Part shown: positions 37,362 through 48,139 of the stretch, piece by piece
Layout: the number at the start of each line of letters is the position of its first letter
Position numbering within the stretch: position 1 is the stretch's first letter
From: an uncultured Ruminococcus sp.
GTDB taxonomy: Bacteria > Bacillota > Clostridia > Oscillospirales > Acutalibacteraceae
DNA length: 64,000 nt
Assembly: GCA_902774325.1 (NCBI GenBank)
Contig: CACYIC010000001.1
Location: 15,403-79,402 of the forward strand
Direction: 5' to 3'
The notes under the pieces: generated by a model
The model's database searches: none
What the model saw: the letters and a program-made list of their open reading frames with translations, nothing else
Told to the model about the DNA's origin: nothing
Position numbers and translations under genes: made by a program

Positions 37362-37390
37362 ATTGTACCACAAAAGATGATGCTTGTAAA
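37362..37390 (-). promoter_or_regulatory. Sigma-A promoter of the leader-mgtE transcript
   Basis: TTTACA-17 bp-TACAAT with TG extension. Confidence 0.7.
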
Positions 37391-37468
37391 GGCAATTCGG
37401 ATATTGAGGGCGTATTATCCGGGCTTTATTTGTCCGCAATAATTCGGGCGTTCTTTGGCTGTCCCCAC

Positions 37469-37497
37469 TTGAAATAAGCGTCAAAATGTGGTATACT
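37469..37497 (+). promoter_or_regulatory. Sigma-A promoter of gltX-glnS-fabG
   Basis: TTGAAA-17 bp-TATACT with TG extension. Confidence 0.75.
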
Positions 37498-37528
37498 ATC
37501 GTGGAATATTTTATTTAAGGGTGATTTT

Positions 37529-38989
37529 ATGGCAGAAAAAACCGTTCGCACACGATACGCTCCGAGTCCGACGGGATTCATGCACGTCGGAAACCTCAGA
37601 ACCGCGCTGTATGAATACCTTGTGGCAAAATCTCAGGGCGGGAAATTCATCCTCCGCATCGAGGATACCGACCGCGAAAGGCTCGTTGAGGGCGCGGTGG
37701 AAATAATCTACGACACCTTGAAGCTCGCGGGACTGCGTCACGACGAGGGTCCCGATATCGGCGGCGATTTTGGTCCCTACGTACAGTCGGAGCGCAAGGA
37801 TATGTACCTGCCTTACGCCGAGCAGCTTATCCGCGAGGGCAAGGCTTACCGCTGCTTCTGCTCAAAGGAGAGGCTTGAGCGGATCCAGAACGAGACCGTG
37901 GGCGGCGGCTACGACCGTCACTGCCGCGAGCTCCCGGAGGAGGAGATCCAAAGGAACCTCGAGGCGGGCGTGCCTTACGTTATCCGCCAAAAAATGCCGC
38001 TCGAGGGCAGCACGACCTTTGTCGACGCGGTTTTCGGCGAGATCACCGTTGAGAACAGCGAGCTGCAGGATCAGATATTGATAAAGACCGACGGCTACCC
38101 CACCTATAATTTCGCGAACGTCATCGACGATCATACAATGGGCGTCACTCATGTTGTCCGAGGCAGCGAGTACCTCAGCTCAACGCCAAAGTACAACCTG
38201 CTTTATGAGGCGTTCGGCTGGGAGCTTCCCACCTATATCCATCTTCCGCTCATCATGGGCAAGGATGAGGACGGCAACGTTTCAAAGCTCTCGAAGCGCC
38301 ACGGCGCGACGGGCTTCTACGACCTGATCGACGACGGCTATCTGCCTCAGGCGATAATCAATTACATCGCCCTGCTCGGCTGGTGCCCCAAGGACAACAG
38401 AGAGATATTCACGCTTTCGGAGCTTGAGAAGGCGTTTGATATCGGCGGCATCAGCAAGTCGCCCTCTGTCTTTGACTACGACAAGCTGTCGTGGTTCAAC
38501 GGCGAGTATATCAAGGCGATGAGCACGGAGGAGTTCACCGCCGCCGCCATGCCCTACTACAAAAGGGTTTTCGGCGACAGGGAAATGCCTTACGAAAAAT
38601 TCGCGGCTATCCTCCAAAAGCGCGTGACTCAGCTCACGCAGATACCCGAAATGCTCGACTTTTTCGCAGGGCTTCCGGAGTACGGCAGGGAGCTTTTCGT
38701 CAACAAAAAGAGCAAGACGAATCTCGAGAACGCCCCGGCGCTTTTGAGAGAGGCTTACGAGCGTCTCAAGGCGCTTCCCGAGTGGAACGCCGACGCCGTT
38801 CATGACTGCCTGATAAATATGGCGGCCGAAAAGGAGCTCAAAAACGGCACGGTGATGTGGCCTGTCCGCATCGCGGCGGCGGGCAAGACCGTAACGCCCG
38901 GCGGCGCGATAGAGATCCTTGACATCCTCGGCAGAGAGGAATCGCTCAAAAGGCTAGAAAAGGGCATGGAAATACTGAAGAGTCAATAA
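37529..38989 (+). CDS. gltX: Glutamate-tRNA ligase
   Basis: RYAPSPTGFMHVGN, RIEDTD, KLSKR. Confidence 0.95.
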   Translation: MAEKTVRTRYAPSPTGFMHVGNLRTALYEYLVAKSQGGKFILRIEDTDRERLVEGAVEIIYDTLKLAGLRHDEGPDIGGDFGPYVQSERKDMYLPYAEQLIREGKAYRCFCSKERLERIQNETVGGGYDRHCRELPEEEIQRNLEAGVPYVIRQKMPLEGSTTFVDAVFGEITVENSELQDQILIKTDGYPTYNFANVIDDHTMGVTHVVRGSEYLSSTPKYNLLYEAFGWELPTYIHLPLIMGKDEDGNVSKLSKRHGATGFYDLIDDGYLPQAIINYIALLGWCPKDNREIFTLSELEKAFDIGGISKSPSVFDYDKLSWFNGEYIKAMSTEEFTAAAMPYYKRVFGDREMPYEKFAAILQKRVTQLTQIPEMLDFFAGLPEYGRELFVNKKSKTNLENAPALLREAYERLKALPEWNADAVHDCLINMAAEKELKNGTVMWPVRIAAAGKTVTPGGAIEILDILGREESLKRLEKGMEILKSQ

Positions 38990-39005
38990 TAAAAGGAAAA
39001 CGACT

Positions 39006-40688
39006 ATGGCTGAAAATATTAACAACGAAATTAATACCGGAAATTTTATCCACACCTTCATTGAGGAGGATATCGCCGAGGGAGGCAGATTTGAGGGAAA
39101 GAGAGTTCATACCCGATTTCCTCCCGAGCCCAACGGCTACCTTCACATCGGACACGCCAAGGCTGTCTGCATAAACTTCGCGACCGCCGAGAAGTTCGGC
39201 GGGATCTGCAATCTTCGCATGGACGACACCAACCCCACCAAGGAGGACGTCGAGTACGTCGACGCGATCAAGGAGGATATCCGCTGGCTGGGCTTCGACT
39301 GGGACGACCGCTTCTACTATGCCTCGGAGTATTTTGAGCAGATGTACGAATACGCGGTCGAGCTGATAAACAAGGGCCTTGCCTACGTCTGCGAGCTGAA
39401 CGCCGAGCAGATGCGCGAGTTCCGCGGAGACACCAAAACTCCCGCGAAAAGCCCCTTCCGCGACCGTCCGGTCGAGGAGAGCCTTGAGCTGTTCGAGCGC
39501 ATGAGGAACGGCGAGTTCCCCGACGGAAGCATGACGCTGCGCGCGAAGATCGACCTCGCCTCGGGCAACTTCAATATGCGCGATCCCGTTATCTACAGGA
39601 TCAACCGTATGCACCATCACCGAACCGGCGATCAGTGGTGCATCTATCCCATGTACGACTTCGCCCATCCGATCGAGGACGCCATCGAGGGTATCACCCA
39701 CAGCCTTTGCTCGCTTGAGTTCGAGGCTCACCGCCCGCTCTACGACTGGGTGATCGAGAATATCTCCGCTCCCTGCAAGCCGCGCCAGATCGAATTCGCG
39801 CGGCTGGGAATAAACAACACCGTAATGAGCAAGCGCAGGCTCCGCGCGCTGGTCGAGGGCGGCTTCGTCAGCGGCTGGGACGACCCTCGTATGCCCACGC
39901 TCTGCGGACTTCGCCGCCGCGGATATACCCCCAAGTCGATCCGCTCGTTTATCGAACAGATCGGAGTATCAAAGGTCAATTCGATCGTCGAGTACAGCTT
40001 CCTCGAGCACTGCCTGCGCGACGATCTGAACGAGTGCGCCGAGAGAGCGATGTGCGTCATTCATCCGGTGAAGCTCGTTATCACAAACTACCCCGAGGGC
40101 AAAACAGAGGAATTTGAGGTCGAGAACAATCCCAACCGCCCGGAGGACGGCACGCGCAGGGTGACCTTCAGCCGCGAGTGCTGGATCGAGGCTGAGGACT
40201 TCATGGAGGAGCCGGTCAAGAAATACCAGAGGCTCTATCCCGGCAACGAGGTTCGCCTCAAGGGAGCGTATATCGTCAGGTGCACGGGCTGCGTCAAGGA
40301 TGAGAACGGCGCTGTCACCGAGGTCCGCGCGGAATACGATCCCGCGACCACAGGCGGCAACACTCCCGACGGCAGAAAGGTGCGCGGCACTATCCACTGG
40401 GTCGACGCGAACAACTGCGCCGACGCCGAGGTAAGGCTCTACGATAACCTCTTCACAGTTCCCGATCCCGACGTGGGCGACCGCGATTTTCTGGACTTCC
40501 TCAACCCCGATTCGCTTGAGGTACTCGAGGGCTGCAAGGCGGAGAAAAGCCTTGCCGACGCCGTGGCTCCCAAGAGCTTCCAGTTTATGCGCCTGGGCTA
40601 CTTCTGCGTGGACAATAAGGACAGCTCGCCCGAGCACCTTGTTTTCAACCGCAGCGTGAGCCTCAAGGACGGCTTCAAGAAGAAATAG
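39006..40688 (+). CDS. glnS: Glutamine-tRNA ligase
   Basis: TRFPPEPNGYLHIGHAK, MDDTNP, YPMYDFAH, VMSKR, WDDPR, FQFMRLGYF. Confidence 0.95.
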   Translation: MAENINNEINTGNFIHTFIEEDIAEGGRFEGKRVHTRFPPEPNGYLHIGHAKAVCINFATAEKFGGICNLRMDDTNPTKEDVEYVDAIKEDIRWLGFDWDDRFYYASEYFEQMYEYAVELINKGLAYVCELNAEQMREFRGDTKTPAKSPFRDRPVEESLELFERMRNGEFPDGSMTLRAKIDLASGNFNMRDPVIYRINRMHHHRTGDQWCIYPMYDFAHPIEDAIEGITHSLCSLEFEAHRPLYDWVIENISAPCKPRQIEFARLGINNTVMSKRRLRALVEGGFVSGWDDPRMPTLCGLRRRGYTPKSIRSFIEQIGVSKVNSIVEYSFLEHCLRDDLNECAERAMCVIHPVKLVITNYPEGKTEEFEVENNPNRPEDGTRRVTFSRECWIEAEDFMEEPVKKYQRLYPGNEVRLKGAYIVRCTGCVKDENGAVTEVRAEYDPATTGGNTPDGRKVRGTIHWVDANNCADAEVRLYDNLFTVPDPDVGDRDFLDFLNPDSLEVLEGCKAEKSLADAVAPKSFQFMRLGYFCVDNKDSSPEHLVFNRSVSLKDGFKKK

Positions 40689-40689
40689 G

Positions 40690-41427
40690 ATGAAAAATGT
40701 ACTGATAACCGGCGGCTCGGGCGGTATAGGCGGCGCGATCGCGGAAGCCTTCGCCCGGGCGGGCTGCAATATCGCCGTCCATTATCACGGCGGCGGCGGG
40801 AGAGCGCGCTCTCTCGCGGCAAGGCTCCGAGAGGATTACGGCGTGGACGCTGTGGCGGTTCAGGCGGACGTATCCGATTCCGGGAGCGTAAAAAGGATGT
40901 TTGACGAGATCGACCATACCCTCGGCTCGGTCGACGTTCTTGTAAACAATGCGGGAATAGCCCAGCAGAAGCTCTTCACCGACCTTACCGACGAGGATTG
41001 GAGAAGGATGACGGGCGTTGATCTCGACGGCGTGTTCTACTGCTGCCGCGAGGCGCTGCGCCGCTATATGCTGCCTGAGCACAGCGGAGCTATCCTCAAT
41101 ATCAGCTCGATGTGGGGACAGGTCGGCGCCTCCTGCGAGGTTCACTACAGCGCGGCAAAGGCGGGCGTGATAGGTCTTACAAGGGCGCTTGCCAAGGAGG
41201 TCGGTCTTTCCGGGGTGAGGGTGAACTGCATCGCTCCCGGAGTGGTGATGACCGAAATGATGAGCGGCTTTGACGAGCGGACCGTCGCCGCTCTGAGGGA
41301 GGATACCCCGCTCGATTCTCTCGGGACCCCGAAGGATATCGCGGACGCGGCGCTCTTCCTCTGCTCCGACAGCGCGAGGTTCATCACCGGGCAGGTGCTC
41401 GGCGTGAACGGCGGCTTTGTGATCTGA
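40690..41427 (+). CDS. fabG: SDR 3-oxoacyl-ACP reductase (FabG-like)
   Basis: TGGSGGIG, VNNAG, YSAAK, VNCIAPG; terminator 41493-41517. Confidence 0.85.
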   Translation: MKNVLITGGSGGIGGAIAEAFARAGCNIAVHYHGGGGRARSLAARLREDYGVDAVAVQADVSDSGSVKRMFDEIDHTLGSVDVLVNNAGIAQQKLFTDLTDEDWRRMTGVDLDGVFYCCREALRRYMLPEHSGAILNISSMWGQVGASCEVHYSAAKAGVIGLTRALAKEVGLSGVRVNCIAPGVVMTEMMSGFDERTVAALREDTPLDSLGTPKDIADAALFLCSDSARFITGQVLGVNGGFVI

Positions 41428-41619
41428 CGCCCTCGGGCTTATGGGTCGCGGAGCGCGAAAGGCATGGATAGGCAATAGTCCGAAAGGATGAGGAACCGCG
41501 GCGACGCGGTTCTTTTTGTATATCGGACTGCAAATACCAACAATTATGCTGATCGTTCGCGGTTTTAGGATAGCGAAAAATATTTAAAGTGATAAAAATT
41601 GTAAACTAAAGAAATATAC

Positions 41620-41648
41620 TTGAAAAATGTTTTTTTATGTTGTATAAT
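41620..41648 (+). promoter_or_regulatory. Sigma-A promoter of the EPS regulatory genes
   Basis: TTGAAA-17 bp-TATAAT with TG extension. Confidence 0.8.
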
Positions 41649-41761
41649 ATCAACTGTATGCTATGCTGACGTAATAATGCGCACATTTTGACAGAGCCCG
41701 AAAGGGCTTGATATCAGGAGCAGTTCCGGCAGCGCCAAATCTCAGGAAGGTGATGAAACTT

Positions 41762-42523
41762 ATGGAAGAAAAAGACGAAATTATCATATCTCCAAAGGTG
41801 ATATGGGATGTGCTCAGACGAAACCTGATTTTTATTATTGTTGCAACAATGGTGTTCGCGATCGGCGCCTTTGTGTATACAAAGGTGTTTGTTACAAAGC
41901 GCTACACATCGAAGATGTCTTTGTATGTTGAAACCAACTATGAGATCAACGAGTCGGATAAGGATTCCCAGAAGGTAGTTCAGTCGATGAACGAGACCAG
42001 CTTTGCCAGACGAATGGTCGCGACCTGTGTCAAGCTGCTCGATACCAATACCTTCTACACCGAGCTTTCAGAGCAGCTCGACAACGACTATACTCCCGGT
42101 CAGCTCAAGAGCATGATCAGTTACGTTGTCGACGATGAAAAGACCATCGAGATATTCGACGTTCAGGTGACCTCAAATTCCCCGAACGAATCCAAGCGCG
42201 TCGCGGATGAATTCGCGAAGGTGGCTCCCGGCAGGATCAGCGATATCACTAAGAATATCACGCTCAAGCTCGCGGATCCGGGACAGGTCCCCGTTAATCC
42301 TTCTTATCCGCACACCACGAAAAATGTTATTCTCGCGGCGGGCATCGCGCTGCTGCTTTCGCTTATTATAGCGTTTGTCCGTCATTTTGCCGACAAGAAG
42401 ATCAAATACAGCGAGGAAATGACCGAGATCTATGATATTCCCGTCCTCGCGGCTATCCCCAACTTCGACAGCTATGTCCAGAAGGCGGGCGACACTCAGA
42501 AAAAGACCAAACGGGAGGAATAA
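41762..42523 (+). CDS. Wzz/CpsC-type chain-length and kinase-activator membrane protein
   Basis: Two TMs, P.YP...KN, KIKYSEE...IPVLAAIP. Confidence 0.88.
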   Translation: MEEKDEIIISPKVIWDVLRRNLIFIIVATMVFAIGAFVYTKVFVTKRYTSKMSLYVETNYEINESDKDSQKVVQSMNETSFARRMVATCVKLLDTNTFYTELSEQLDNDYTPGQLKSMISYVVDDEKTIEIFDVQVTSNSPNESKRVADEFAKVAPGRISDITKNITLKLADPGQVPVNPSYPHTTKNVILAAGIALLLSLIIAFVRHFADKKIKYSEEMTEIYDIPVLAAIPNFDSYVQKAGDTQKKTKREE

Positions 42524-42526
42524 ACG

Positions 42527-43264
42527 GTGGCTGCGAATAATAAAAAGAAAAAGAACGAAAGAGTAGAGAACCCGATCAATCTTGAAACCATCGCGTTTCA
42601 GATCAGAGAGTCCTACAAGACGGCCCGTACCAATATCGCCTACTCGGTGATCAAGAAGGGCTGCAAGAAGATCTCCTTTACAAGTACCAGCAAGAGCGAG
42701 GGAAAAACCGTTACCTCGGTCAACGTGGCTATCGCGCTGGCTCAGCAGGTGAACACCAAGGTCATCGTTATCGACTGCGACCTTCGCCGTCCGCAGCTCC
42801 ACAACGCGCTTTCGATCGCTCCTACCCCCGGTATCACCAACTATCTCAACGGAGAATGCACCAAGAGCGAAATAATCAAGAGCACCAATGTCGCGAACCT
42901 CTCGGCGGTAACCTACGGCGCTATCCCGCCGAACCCCTCCGAGCTTCTCGCCAGCGACCTCATGGCGGAGTTTATCCGCGGCCTTGAGGCTGAATACGAT
43001 TATATTATTTTTGATACTCCGCCTATCGGCGTCGTTATCGACGCCACGCCCATCCTCAAGGACAGCGACGGCGTGGTTCTTATTGTCAAGCATAACCAGA
43101 CCACATATCCGGGCCTTAAAAAGGTCATCGGTATCCTCGAGAGAAACGACGCCAAGATCCTCGGGATCATCGTCAACAGCGTTGACGCTATCAGGCGCAG
43201 AAAGTACGGCAGAGGCTACGGTTACGGCTACGGCTACGGTTACGGCTACGGTTATTACGCGTAA
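42527..43264 (+). CDS. CpsD/CapB-type BY tyrosine kinase
   Basis: ESYKTARTNI, Walker A SEGKT, IDCDLRRP, FDTPP, C-terminal cluster YGRGYGYGYGYGYGYY. Confidence 0.92.
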   Translation: MAANNKKKKNERVENPINLETIAFQIRESYKTARTNIAYSVIKKGCKKISFTSTSKSEGKTVTSVNVAIALAQQVNTKVIVIDCDLRRPQLHNALSIAPTPGITNYLNGECTKSEIIKSTNVANLSAVTYGAIPPNPSELLASDLMAEFIRGLEAEYDYIIFDTPPIGVVIDATPILKDSDGVVLIVKHNQTTYPGLKKVIGILERNDAKILGIIVNSVDAIRRRKYGRGYGYGYGYGYGYGYYA

Positions 43265-43316
43265 TTACGCTTGAGGAGTGGTTTTCCGCGGCTTTGAGCG
43301 GAAAAACGGAGAGATT

Positions 43317-43979
43317 ATGGAAGAAGAGAGAACGACAGCCTCCATTGCGGGCAAGATCCCCGCGGTGGAGCCTAAGCCCTTTTACAATTTTATAAAGAGA
43401 GCCTTTGATATTGTCGGTTCATCGCTTTTCATGATCCTGTTTTTCTGGCTTTTCCTCATTGTGGCTCTCGCGATAAAAATCGACGACGGCGGTCCCGTGT
43501 TCTATCTGAGCACGAGGATCGGTAAGGGCGGAAAACCCTTCCGCTTTTACAAGTTCCGCAGCATGAGGGTAGACGCGGACGATATGAAGGATGATGTCCT
43601 CCATCTCAACGAGATGCAGGGCGATCTCTTTAAGATCAAGGACGATCCGAGGATAACCCGCGTGGGCAAGCTTCTCAGACGCACCAGCATCGACGAGCTG
43701 CCGCAGATATTCAACATCCTCAAGGGTGATATGAGCTTTGTGGGTCCGCGCCCGCCGCTTCCCGAGGAGGTCGAGAACTATACCGGCGACGCTTTTTACA
43801 AGCTTTCGGTGATCGGCGGTCTTACCTGCTACTGGCAGGTCGGAGGCAGAAGCCTGCTCGACTTTGAGAAAATGGTTCGCCTGGACAAGAAGTATATCAT
43901 GGAGCGCGGAGTTTGGACTGATATCAAGCTCCTGTTCAGGACGATACCCGCCGTGTTCAAGGGCGACGGAGCGTACTGA
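43317..43979 (+). CDS. Priming phosphoglycosyltransferase (Bac_transf; CpsE/WcaJ C-terminal type)
   Basis: KRAFDI, FYKFRSM, DDPRITRVG..LRRTSIDELPQ..NIL.GDMS.VGPRP; terminator 44006-44033. Confidence 0.92.
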   Translation: MEEERTTASIAGKIPAVEPKPFYNFIKRAFDIVGSSLFMILFFWLFLIVALAIKIDDGGPVFYLSTRIGKGGKPFRFYKFRSMRVDADDMKDDVLHLNEMQGDLFKIKDDPRITRVGKLLRRTSIDELPQIFNILKGDMSFVGPRPPLPEEVENYTGDAFYKLSVIGGLTCYWQVGGRSLLDFEKMVRLDKKYIMERGVWTDIKLLFRTIPAVFKGDGAY

Positions 43980-44043
43980 TATCAAAAATTAGTATTTGTC
44001 ATAACAGAGAGACGTCGACCGTCTCTCTTTTTTGCGTCAAGCA

Positions 44044-44072
44044 TTGCATATTTTTTTTGTATATGATATAAT
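44044..44072 (+). promoter_or_regulatory. Sigma-A promoter of the nucleotidyltransferase-rml unit
   Basis: TTGCAT-17 bp-TATAAT. Confidence 0.65.
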
Positions 44073-44164
44073 CACTATGTATGATTAATTTCCGAAACCT
44101 AAAAAAGCAGGCAATCTTTGCGGTCTGATTTCTATCAGGAACAGGTATTGAAGGAGAGTAACGA

Positions 44165-45310
44165 ATGAACGCGACCCAAAAACTGACAATATATTTACTG
44201 CGCTGCGCCCTGAACAAAAAGATCCCGGACGCAAAGAAGCTTGAGAACGCCGATTTCGACGCAATAATGAGCTTCGCGGAGCATCACAGCATTTCGGCTC
44301 TTGTCTCCCGCGCAGTGAGCTCGATTTCCGAGTATGAAGGACTGATGACCGACGAGCAGATGAAAAAGTGGAAGAGGGCGAAAAACAACGCCGTCCGCCA
44401 CTTCATGCTGCAAAAGCAGGAGGCTCAGAATGTTTTTGACGCGCTCGAGGAGGCTAAGATAGCTTATCTCCCGCTCAAGGGCTGTATCCTCAGCAAATAT
44501 TACGAGTTCGGTCTGCGCGAGATGTCGGACGTCGATATCCTTTTTGACAAGACGCGTCAGGAAGATTCGCGCGATATCATGGTAAAGCTGGGATATGAGA
44601 TCACCGAGTTCGGCGAGGATTACCACGATGCATATTTCAAGCCGCCGATGTACAACGTCGAGCTTCACAGATATCTTTTCGCTCCCGAAAAATACCCCGC
44701 CTATATCGAGTATTACAGTGATATTTTTGAAAGATCGCAGAAGCGAAAGGGCAGGGAGTACGAATATGTCCTCGATACGGACGAGTTTTATATTTTTGTG
44801 ATGACCCACGCGGTCAAGCATTTTGACGGCCCCGGCACGGGACTGCGCTCTCTCGCGGATCTTTATATCTATGAAAAAAGGGAGAAGCTTGACGAGGACA
44901 GGCTTCGCGACGTCTTTGAAAGGCTCGGGACAACAAAGAGCGCCTCGCTCCTGCGCAGGCTGGCTAATACGGTCTTTGACGAGGAAAACGATTTGGACGC
45001 CCTTCCGCTCAGTGAGGAGGAGTTTAAGAAGCTCGATTTTATCATTGAATCGGGAACTCACGGCAGCGACGACCATCGGCTTGACAAGAAGATCAAGGAG
45101 GTCGAGGAGTCCGACGATGTAAGGAAGGCGAAGCTGAAATATGTTCGCGGCAGAATGAAGCTGACCCCGAGACAGATCGAAATAACCTATCCGTTTTTCT
45201 ATAAGCACAAATGGGCGCGCCCCTTCCTGATTTTCGGAAGGATCCACAGGGGCTTGACCGTAAACAGGAAAAAGCTCCACAGGGAAATGGATATGCTCAA
45301 GAAGAAATAA
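44165..45310 (+). CDS. Uncharacterised nucleotidyltransferase (NTP_transf_5-like)
   Basis: YLPLKG...REMSDVDILF, VELHRYLF, H..KH...G.GLR...D. Confidence 0.85.
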   Translation: MNATQKLTIYLLRCALNKKIPDAKKLENADFDAIMSFAEHHSISALVSRAVSSISEYEGLMTDEQMKKWKRAKNNAVRHFMLQKQEAQNVFDALEEAKIAYLPLKGCILSKYYEFGLREMSDVDILFDKTRQEDSRDIMVKLGYEITEFGEDYHDAYFKPPMYNVELHRYLFAPEKYPAYIEYYSDIFERSQKRKGREYEYVLDTDEFYIFVMTHAVKHFDGPGTGLRSLADLYIYEKREKLDEDRLRDVFERLGTTKSASLLRRLANTVFDEENDLDALPLSEEEFKKLDFIIESGTHGSDDHRLDKKIKEVEESDDVRKAKLKYVRGRMKLTPRQIEITYPFFYKHKWARPFLIFGRIHRGLTVNRKKLHREMDMLKKK

Positions 45311-45328
45311 GCCTATGGAGATGTTTTT

Positions 45329-46225
45329 ATGAAAGGAATAATTCTGGCGGGCGGCTCCGGAACAAGGCTCTACCCGCTCACAAAGGTGACGTCAAAGCAG
45401 CTTTTGCCCGTTTATGACAAGCCGATGATCTATTACCCGCTTTCGGTGCTCATGAACGCGGGGATCAGGGATATCCTGATCATCTCGACCCCGCAGGACA
45501 CCCCGAGGTTCGGGGAGCTTCTTGGCGACGGCAGTCAGTTCGGCATCAGTCTTTCCTACGCCGTTCAGCCCTCGCCGGACGGACTGGCGCAGGCTTTTTT
45601 GATCGGCGAGGATTTCATCGGCGGCGACTGCGCGGCGATGGTGCTCGGAGATAACATCTTCGCGGGTCACGGTCTGAAAAAGCGGCTTAAAAACGCTGTA
45701 AGGAGCGCCGAGCAGGGCGGCGGCGCAACCGTTTTCGGATATTATGTCGACGATCCCGAGCGCTTCGGCATCGTGGAGTTTGACTCGGAGGGCAAGGCGG
45801 TTTCGATAGAGGAAAAGCCCGAGAAGCCCAAGACAAATTACTGCGTTACCGGCTTGTATTTTTATGACAACAAGGTTGTGGAATACGCAAAGAGCCTGAA
45901 GCCCTCAAAGCGCGGCGAGCTCGAGATCACCGATCTCAACCGTATCTATCTGGAGCGCGGCGAGCTCAACGTCGAGCTGCTGGGACAGGGCTTCACCTGG
46001 CTCGATACCGGCACTCACGAAAGCCTTGTCGACGCGACCAATTTTGTCAAGAACGTCGAGGATCACCAGCACCGCAAGATCGGCTGCCTCGAGGAGATCG
46101 CCTACTTCAACGGCTGGATCTCAAAGGAGGACGTGCTTGAGGTTTACGAGGAGCTTAAAAAGAATCAGTACGGTCAGTATCTCAAGGATGTGCTCGACGG
46201 AAAATATATAGATCCCCTGAGATAA
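45329..46225 (+). CDS. rmlA: Glucose-1-phosphate thymidylyltransferase
   Basis: [28 protein letters not shown]. Confidence 0.95.
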   Translation: MKGIILAGGSGTRLYPLTKVTSKQLLPVYDKPMIYYPLSVLMNAGIRDILIISTPQDTPRFGELLGDGSQFGISLSYAVQPSPDGLAQAFLIGEDFIGGDCAAMVLGDNIFAGHGLKKRLKNAVRSAEQGGGATVFGYYVDDPERFGIVEFDSEGKAVSIEEKPEKPKTNYCVTGLYFYDNKVVEYAKSLKPSKRGELEITDLNRIYLERGELNVELLGQGFTWLDTGTHESLVDATNFVKNVEDHQHRKIGCLEEIAYFNGWISKEDVLEVYEELKKNQYGQYLKDVLDGKYIDPLR

Positions 46226-46235
46226 GGAGAAGAAA

Positions 46236-47255
46236 ATGACAATAATCGTTACCGGCGGAGCGGGCTTCATCGGCTCCAACTTCGTCTTTCATATTCTGAA
46301 CAAATATCCCGAATACCGAGTGGTCTGCCTCGATAAGCTGACCTACGCGGGCAATCTCTCAACTCTCAAAGGCGTAATGGATGATCCGAATTTCCGCTTT
46401 GTGAAGCTGGATATCTGCGACAGAGAGGGAGTTTACAGGCTCTTTGAGGAGGAAAAGCCCGATATTGTCGTAAATTTCGCGGCTGAAAGCCATGTTGACC
46501 GCTCCATTGAGAATCCCGAGATATTTTTGCAGACAAATATCCTCGGCACCCAGGTGCTGATGGACGCCTGCCGCGAATACGGCGTCACCCGATATCATCA
46601 GGTTTCCACCGACGAGGTTTACGGCGATCTGCCGTTGGACAGACCCGACCTCTTTTTCACCGAGGAGACCCCCATCCATACGAGCAGCCCCTATTCGTCC
46701 TCAAAGGCGGGCGCCGATCTTCTGGTGCTCGCTTATCACCGCACCTACGGACTGCCCGTGACGATCTCGCGCTGCTCAAATAACTACGGCCCCTATCATT
46801 TCCCCGAGAAGCTGATACCGCTGATGATAGCAAACGCGCTTGCGGACAAGCCTCTGCCCGTTTACGGCAAGGGCGAGAACGTACGCGACTGGCTTTATGT
46901 TGAGGATCACTGCAAGGCGATCGACCTGATAATCCACAAGGGCAGGGTCGGCGAGGTTTACAATGTCGGCGGGCATAACGAGATGGCGAATATTGATATT
47001 GTAAGGCTTATTTGCCGCGAGCTCAACAAGCCCGAGAGCCTGATAACCTTTGTGACCGACAGAAAGGGTCATGATCTGCGCTACGCGATCGACCCGACAA
47101 AGATCCATAATGAGCTCGGCTGGCTGCCCGAAACCAAGTTTGAGGACGGGATCAAAAAGACGATCAAATGGTATCTTGACAACAGGGACTGGTGGCAGGA
47201 GATCATCAGCGGAGAGTATCAAAACTATTACGAGAAGATGTACGGTAACAGATGA
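46236..47255 (+). CDS. rmlB: dTDP-glucose 4,6-dehydratase
   Basis: [34 protein letters not shown]. Confidence 0.95.
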   Translation: MTIIVTGGAGFIGSNFVFHILNKYPEYRVVCLDKLTYAGNLSTLKGVMDDPNFRFVKLDICDREGVYRLFEEEKPDIVVNFAAESHVDRSIENPEIFLQTNILGTQVLMDACREYGVTRYHQVSTDEVYGDLPLDRPDLFFTEETPIHTSSPYSSSKAGADLLVLAYHRTYGLPVTISRCSNNYGPYHFPEKLIPLMIANALADKPLPVYGKGENVRDWLYVEDHCKAIDLIIHKGRVGEVYNVGGHNEMANIDIVRLICRELNKPESLITFVTDRKGHDLRYAIDPTKIHNELGWLPETKFEDGIKKTIKWYLDNRDWWQEIISGEYQNYYEKMYGNR

Positions 47256-48139
47256 TGAGGGTATTTGTAACCGGAGTCGGCGGTCAGCTCGGCTTTGACG
47301 TGATGAACGAGCTGAAAAGACGAGGGATCGAAGGTATCGGCTCTGATATAATTGAAAAGTCAGACGAAAACTATATTCAAATGGATATTACCGACGAGGC
47401 TGAGGTCGAAAAGACGCTGAACGAGATCAAGCCCGACGCAGTGATCCATTGCGCCGCGTGGACTGCGGTGGACGACGCCGAGGATGAAGGGAACCGCGAG
47501 AAGGTCTTTGCTGTCAACGCAGTCGGCACCAAAAATATCGCCGGCGCTTGCAGGGAGCTCGGCTGCAAAATGCTGTATATCAGCACGGATTATGTTTTTG
47601 ACGGTCAGGGTACCGAGCCGTGGAAGGCGGACTGCAAGGCTTATTCTCCGTTAAATGTGTACGGTCAGAGCAAGCTCGAGGGAGAGTTGGCTGTTGCCGA
47701 AGCACTGGACAAGTATTTCATTGTGAGGATAGCGTGGGTTTTCGGACTCAACGGCAAAAATTTTATAAGGACTATGATAAACGTCGGCAAGACTCACGAC
47801 GTTGTCCGCGTGGTGAACGACCAGATCGGAACGCCCACCTATACCCTCGATTTGGCGCGCCTGCTTGTCGATATGATAGGAAGCGACAAATACGGTTATT
47901 ATCACGCCACAAACGAGGGCGGATATATCAGCTGGTATGATTTCTGCCGCGAGATCTACAGACAGTACGGATTGTCAACCGAGGCGATTCCCGTGTCAAC
48001 CGCAGAGTACGGGCTAAGCCGCGCGGCGCGTCCGTTCAACAGCCGGCTTGACAGGAGCAAGCTGGTTGAAAAGGGCTTTGAGCCGCTTCCCGATTGGCGC
48101 GACGCGGTAAAAAGATATTTGGAGGAAGCAAAGCTGTAA
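47252..48139 (+). CDS. rmlD: dTDP-4-dehydrorhamnose reductase
   Basis: [35 protein letters not shown]. Confidence 0.95.
   Translation: MMRVFVTGVGGQLGFDVMNELKRRGIEGIGSDIIEKSDENYIQMDITDEAEVEKTLNEIKPDAVIHCAAWTAVDDAEDEGNREKVFAVNAVGTKNIAGACRELGCKMLYISTDYVFDGQGTEPWKADCKAYSPLNVYGQSKLEGELAVAEALDKYFIVRIAWVFGLNGKNFIRTMINVGKTHDVVRVVNDQIGTPTYTLDLARLLVDMIGSDKYGYYHATNEGGYISWYDFCREIYRQYGLSTEAIPVSTAEYGLSRAARPFNSRLDRSKLVEKGFEPLPDWRDAVKRYLEEAKL

Noticed and set aside
41650-41760. c-di-GMP riboswitch or ops/JUMPstart-like element in the EPS leader
   Set aside because: Only a GCCC-GAAA-GGGC hairpin and GGCAGCG; riboswitch core motifs are absent
43205-43260. Hexamer microsatellite as a phase-variation tract
   Set aside because: In-frame, synonymous-variable (TAC GGC/TAC GGT) repeats encoding the normal BY-kinase tyrosine cluster
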